From assembly GCF_009914755.1 (NCBI RefSeq), contig NC_060928.1: a stretch of 64,000 nt of DNA. The stretch is one strand, 5' to 3'. Below, piece after piece: positions 60,079-64,000 of this stretch; the stretch's first letter is position 1; each line of letters opens with the position of its first letter. Origin of the DNA: the human T2T-CHM13v2.0 reference genome, Homo sapiens. Below the pieces are notes generated by a model. It ran no database searches, was not told the DNA's origin, and worked only from the letters and a program-made list of their open reading frames with translations. Both the position numbers and the translations under genes were made by a program.

Positions 60079-61074
60079 AGTGAGTACTTAAGTACTCACT
60101 GACTCCAAGTTTCAATAATATTACTGAACAGGTACTCTGACCCCAGCGCGATTTACCTGCATTCCAATTTATTTAGAAGTTAACATTAGCTTAGCCTAAT
60201 AATTGGAGCCAATTATCTGAAGAGGCTAACCCTTTCCTGATGATTCTGGAAAACTATAGAAAAATGTTGTTTATTGAACTAAGTATTATAACCCACAAGG
60301 TGAGATATTACAAAGGAGCATCTGTCAAGCTCTAATACTCTCATAAATTGATTTTCTTTATATTAGAGATAGTTATATCTAAGCAAATGGGACCAACAGT
60401 TCAGAATCAGAACACCTCTCCATCACCACAGACCAATTTCCATTCTTCACACTGCCTTTTTGATATTTCTTATCAGTTGATAAGTCAGTGCAATACTATC
60501 TCATGAACAGATTAGAGTTCCCAAGATTAAATTTTGCATACCTTAGTTTTCAGGATCTGTGTTTTCTGATTTGTAATTTAATCAGTCAATTAGCTCACAA
60601 GCTTGATCCAAGATGAGTTATTTCTGAAAAGTTTCCTAAAAATAACGCAACCTATCTGTAGTTTGTGGCTCTGGTACATTTTGCTGAGAGTACAACTTAT
60701 TTTTTAAACTTTTATTCATTTAATGCTGCCTCCATCTACGTGTTTAACCAATCCTTTGGGCTTTTTCAACAAAATACAAAAATAGATAAGTTCATAAGTA
60801 TGATTGTATACAATGAAATAACAATGTGATTATCCACCATTTAGGGATTTTTGACATTAGAATCTGATATAAGAAAATACAAAGCTTTTTCTACAGTACT
60901 AGCAAAATAATTATTTTTAGAAATAAAATAATATTTGCAGGTCAGTATTATTTGAATGAAAGACAAACATGGTTTTCTTTGAAAGTTTCTATATTACATT
61001 CTTTCTTACATAGCTCAGTTTTTCCCAGTTGAAAACATTATCAAAAAGTCTAATAAATAGTATAGAAAATACAG

Positions 61075-61330
61075 AGGCTTTGAAATCAGAAAATACTAGC
61101 TTCCAATAATTATTTATTGGATAGGTGAGCAATGTATTGTATCTCTTTGATTCACAACTTCTGTATCTATTAGAAGTAGCTGTTTTGGTTGTGATAAGTT
61201 GTTTACAGATTGTAGAACACGTTTGTAAAATGATGAAATAATTCTCATGTCTTTGGCATTTTATGAGATTTTTATGACATTTTGTAATAATGTCTAGTGT
61301 ATTATGGGTATTTAATCAGTAGTGTGGGTC
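61075..61330 (+). mobile_element. MIR relic
   Basis: gctttgaaatcaga...ctttgattcacaacttctgtatctattagaag, highly degenerate. Confidence 0.45.
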
Positions 61331-61482
61331 ATTATTACTGAGATAATGTTGAGACTTACACTGTCCAGGGAAAAAAATATCTTTCAGGAGTTAAAGGCTT
61401 TTCGTGTCTGCGTTAGTCTCAAATTTAAAAAATCAAAATATAGATAGATTCAGCAGTAGTCATGGAATGATTCTTTTATTTA

Positions 61483-62114
<632 letters not shown>

Positions 62115-63774
62115 AAAGAACTGTACTAGGAGATAGGCAGAATAAATAAATACAAAACCGCCATGATTTCCACCTTAAGAAACTTGAACCATAGAAGACG
62201 GAAGTCATCAACAGAAATAACTGTTAGGAGGTAGAACATTAAATGTCATAAAAGAATATATAAAGGACTACTTAAGATGAAAAAGTGTTTTGGGAGCCAA
62301 GATCAGTGGATCAAGACAGTTGCTTATGAGTAGATCTTAAAGTCTGGATAGAATTGCAACAGGTACATATTATTGGAAGAAGCATAGCAAGAAGTTAATA
62401 CCACATTAACCACAAAGTCATCATTAGAAAGATGAAGTTAATACAGGTATCATGCATTGTCCAGATTGATGATCAACTCAACCAATGCCTGGTGAGTTAG
62501 GCGAGCTACGAGTAAGGAAACAAGTCGGGAAAGGTAAATTAGAGCCAGATTTTGCCAGACATTGTTAGTGAGCTGAGTTAGAAATATTTCCCAAACACAA
62601 TTGGTCTTTATTCCCACCGAATAGACAAAAACCTAAATGATATTATGGTAAGTACTCTCCTTCTGCCTGACCTGAATCGCACCTACTCTGCAGTGAAGAA
62701 ATAGATTCTAAGTAGAAGTTCTCTACCTGCCCATAGCTGAGCCACACTCACAAGTGTTAATGCCTTCAGTCATTCACTGTCAGTAGGCTCTCTGGAAACT
62801 TCCTCATTTCTATAGCACATTGCTCTGGACAGTATTAGAGATTTATGTCAAATCTTGAAATCATCTTTTAATTTGGTCCTAATTATTTTCTATGGTGCAG
62901 ACATTACTTAGGATATTCATATGAAATTATAGTTGTTCCCTAACTTCAGTGTAGAAGAAGTTTCTCTTCCAGTTTTTTATTTTTGGAATTTTGTTTGTTT
63001 TATTTGATTAGTCTTAGTTTTATTTTATTTATTTGCATATGGACTTTTTTCTTCCACTTAAAGTTCTGGTAGTGGAGTTGAACAAATGCAGTAGTTTGCC
63101 ATTTTAAATGGAAGTCAAATTTCTTCCTCTTTAATTAAATTCTATAGGAGATTTGGAAACATGCTTAGTAAGCTAATGGCTGAGGTTTTATTTTATCAAC
63201 TCCAAAGCATAAAAGAGATTTTTTCTTTCAGTGTGTTACTTTTTATGAAATGAAGCATTCTCAGAGTTTCTAAGTTAAATTAAGTCAAATTTTCTTTTCT
63301 CCCTCTGCATCAGGGCAAAGGTTTTTAATGGATTGCCTAATTAGCCTGGGAAGGAATTATTCCAACAGTTACAAAGATCAGTCCAATAATCTGAAGTGAC
63401 CTAGTTCTTACCATATCGCAGTTTACCTGTGGAACACCCTAATTTCCATAGGAAGTACAGGTCTCAACACATCTCACTTCAGGATAGCACTCTCTGCTCT
63501 AAAGAAAAAGAAGTTCCATTTTATTAAACCCGATAGCATTTTCCATGGCTTTTAGGATTTTCCCAGTGTGCAAACCTCTTGGTAGCAACTTTGGTAACTG
63601 GATAAAGAGAAAATATTATTACTAATCTGAGACTCTTCAAGTAAACCTCTCCTTGGGGCAGACTCCTGCCACATTACTAAAACTGTATGGAGCTATATGG
63701 GAAATCCTAAGGTGCTACAGCTTAGAGGTACCTTACATATAACCATCCAGTTACAGTATTTTGTGTGTGTGTGT

Positions 63775-63862
63775 AACTTAAATCAGAGAAATTAAATAAC
63801 CTGGCCAAGATGGACAATGGCTAATTATTGAAGAGACAAGACTAAAACCCAGGCTTCTGTGC
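63775..63862 (-). mobile_element. MIR relic
   Basis: tcagagaaattaaataacctggccaagat...aacccaggcttctg. Confidence 0.55.
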
Positions 63863-64000
63863 CTGTTTTAATTTCATTACTCACCACTCACAAGAGTAAA
63901 ATATTGCACCCACCATTTGAACCACCTCTTCCCTGGTGAATTCCCCCAAAGAGATTAAACATCCATTTTTTTTAAGCCAGACATTTTAAAATGTTTGAAA

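Overview
This is AT-rich mammalian genomic DNA. AluJ/S/Y, L1PA, THE1, MER41 and LTR12 content points to a primate, most likely human or great ape. It looks intergenic or deep intronic. I found no intact protein-coding gene, tRNA, rRNA or CRISPR array, and the ORF-track hits I could place are L1, Alu, ERV or MaLR fragments or chance ORFs. The one cellular-gene-derived feature is a decayed processed pseudogene of RPL35A (core about 11936-12353), which appears to carry an extended 3' UTR. The rest is layered transposable-element debris: about 11 Alu-family elements; several L1s (three 5'-inverted, one tail-less internal fragment); solo LTRs; a two-LTR THE1 nested in an older LTR and itself interrupted by a young L1PA2-like element; a 5'-deleted ERV9/LTR12 provirus; Tigger and hAT DNA transposons; and MIR/L2 relics. 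The most interesting structures not explained by repeats are (1) a 43-bp-arm hairpin at 59959-60078 whose loop contains an 18-mer identical to 55438-55455 and which abuts a perfect 22-bp palindrome, (2) a diverged ungapped 115-bp direct repeat pair at 13570 and 16107, (3) a MER41B LTR retaining both tandem GAS motifs, and (4) an octamer/TCF motif cluster near 23.3 kb. Repeat subfamily names come from recalled consensus sequences, not from a database search. I cannot demonstrate a new biological system from this sequence.
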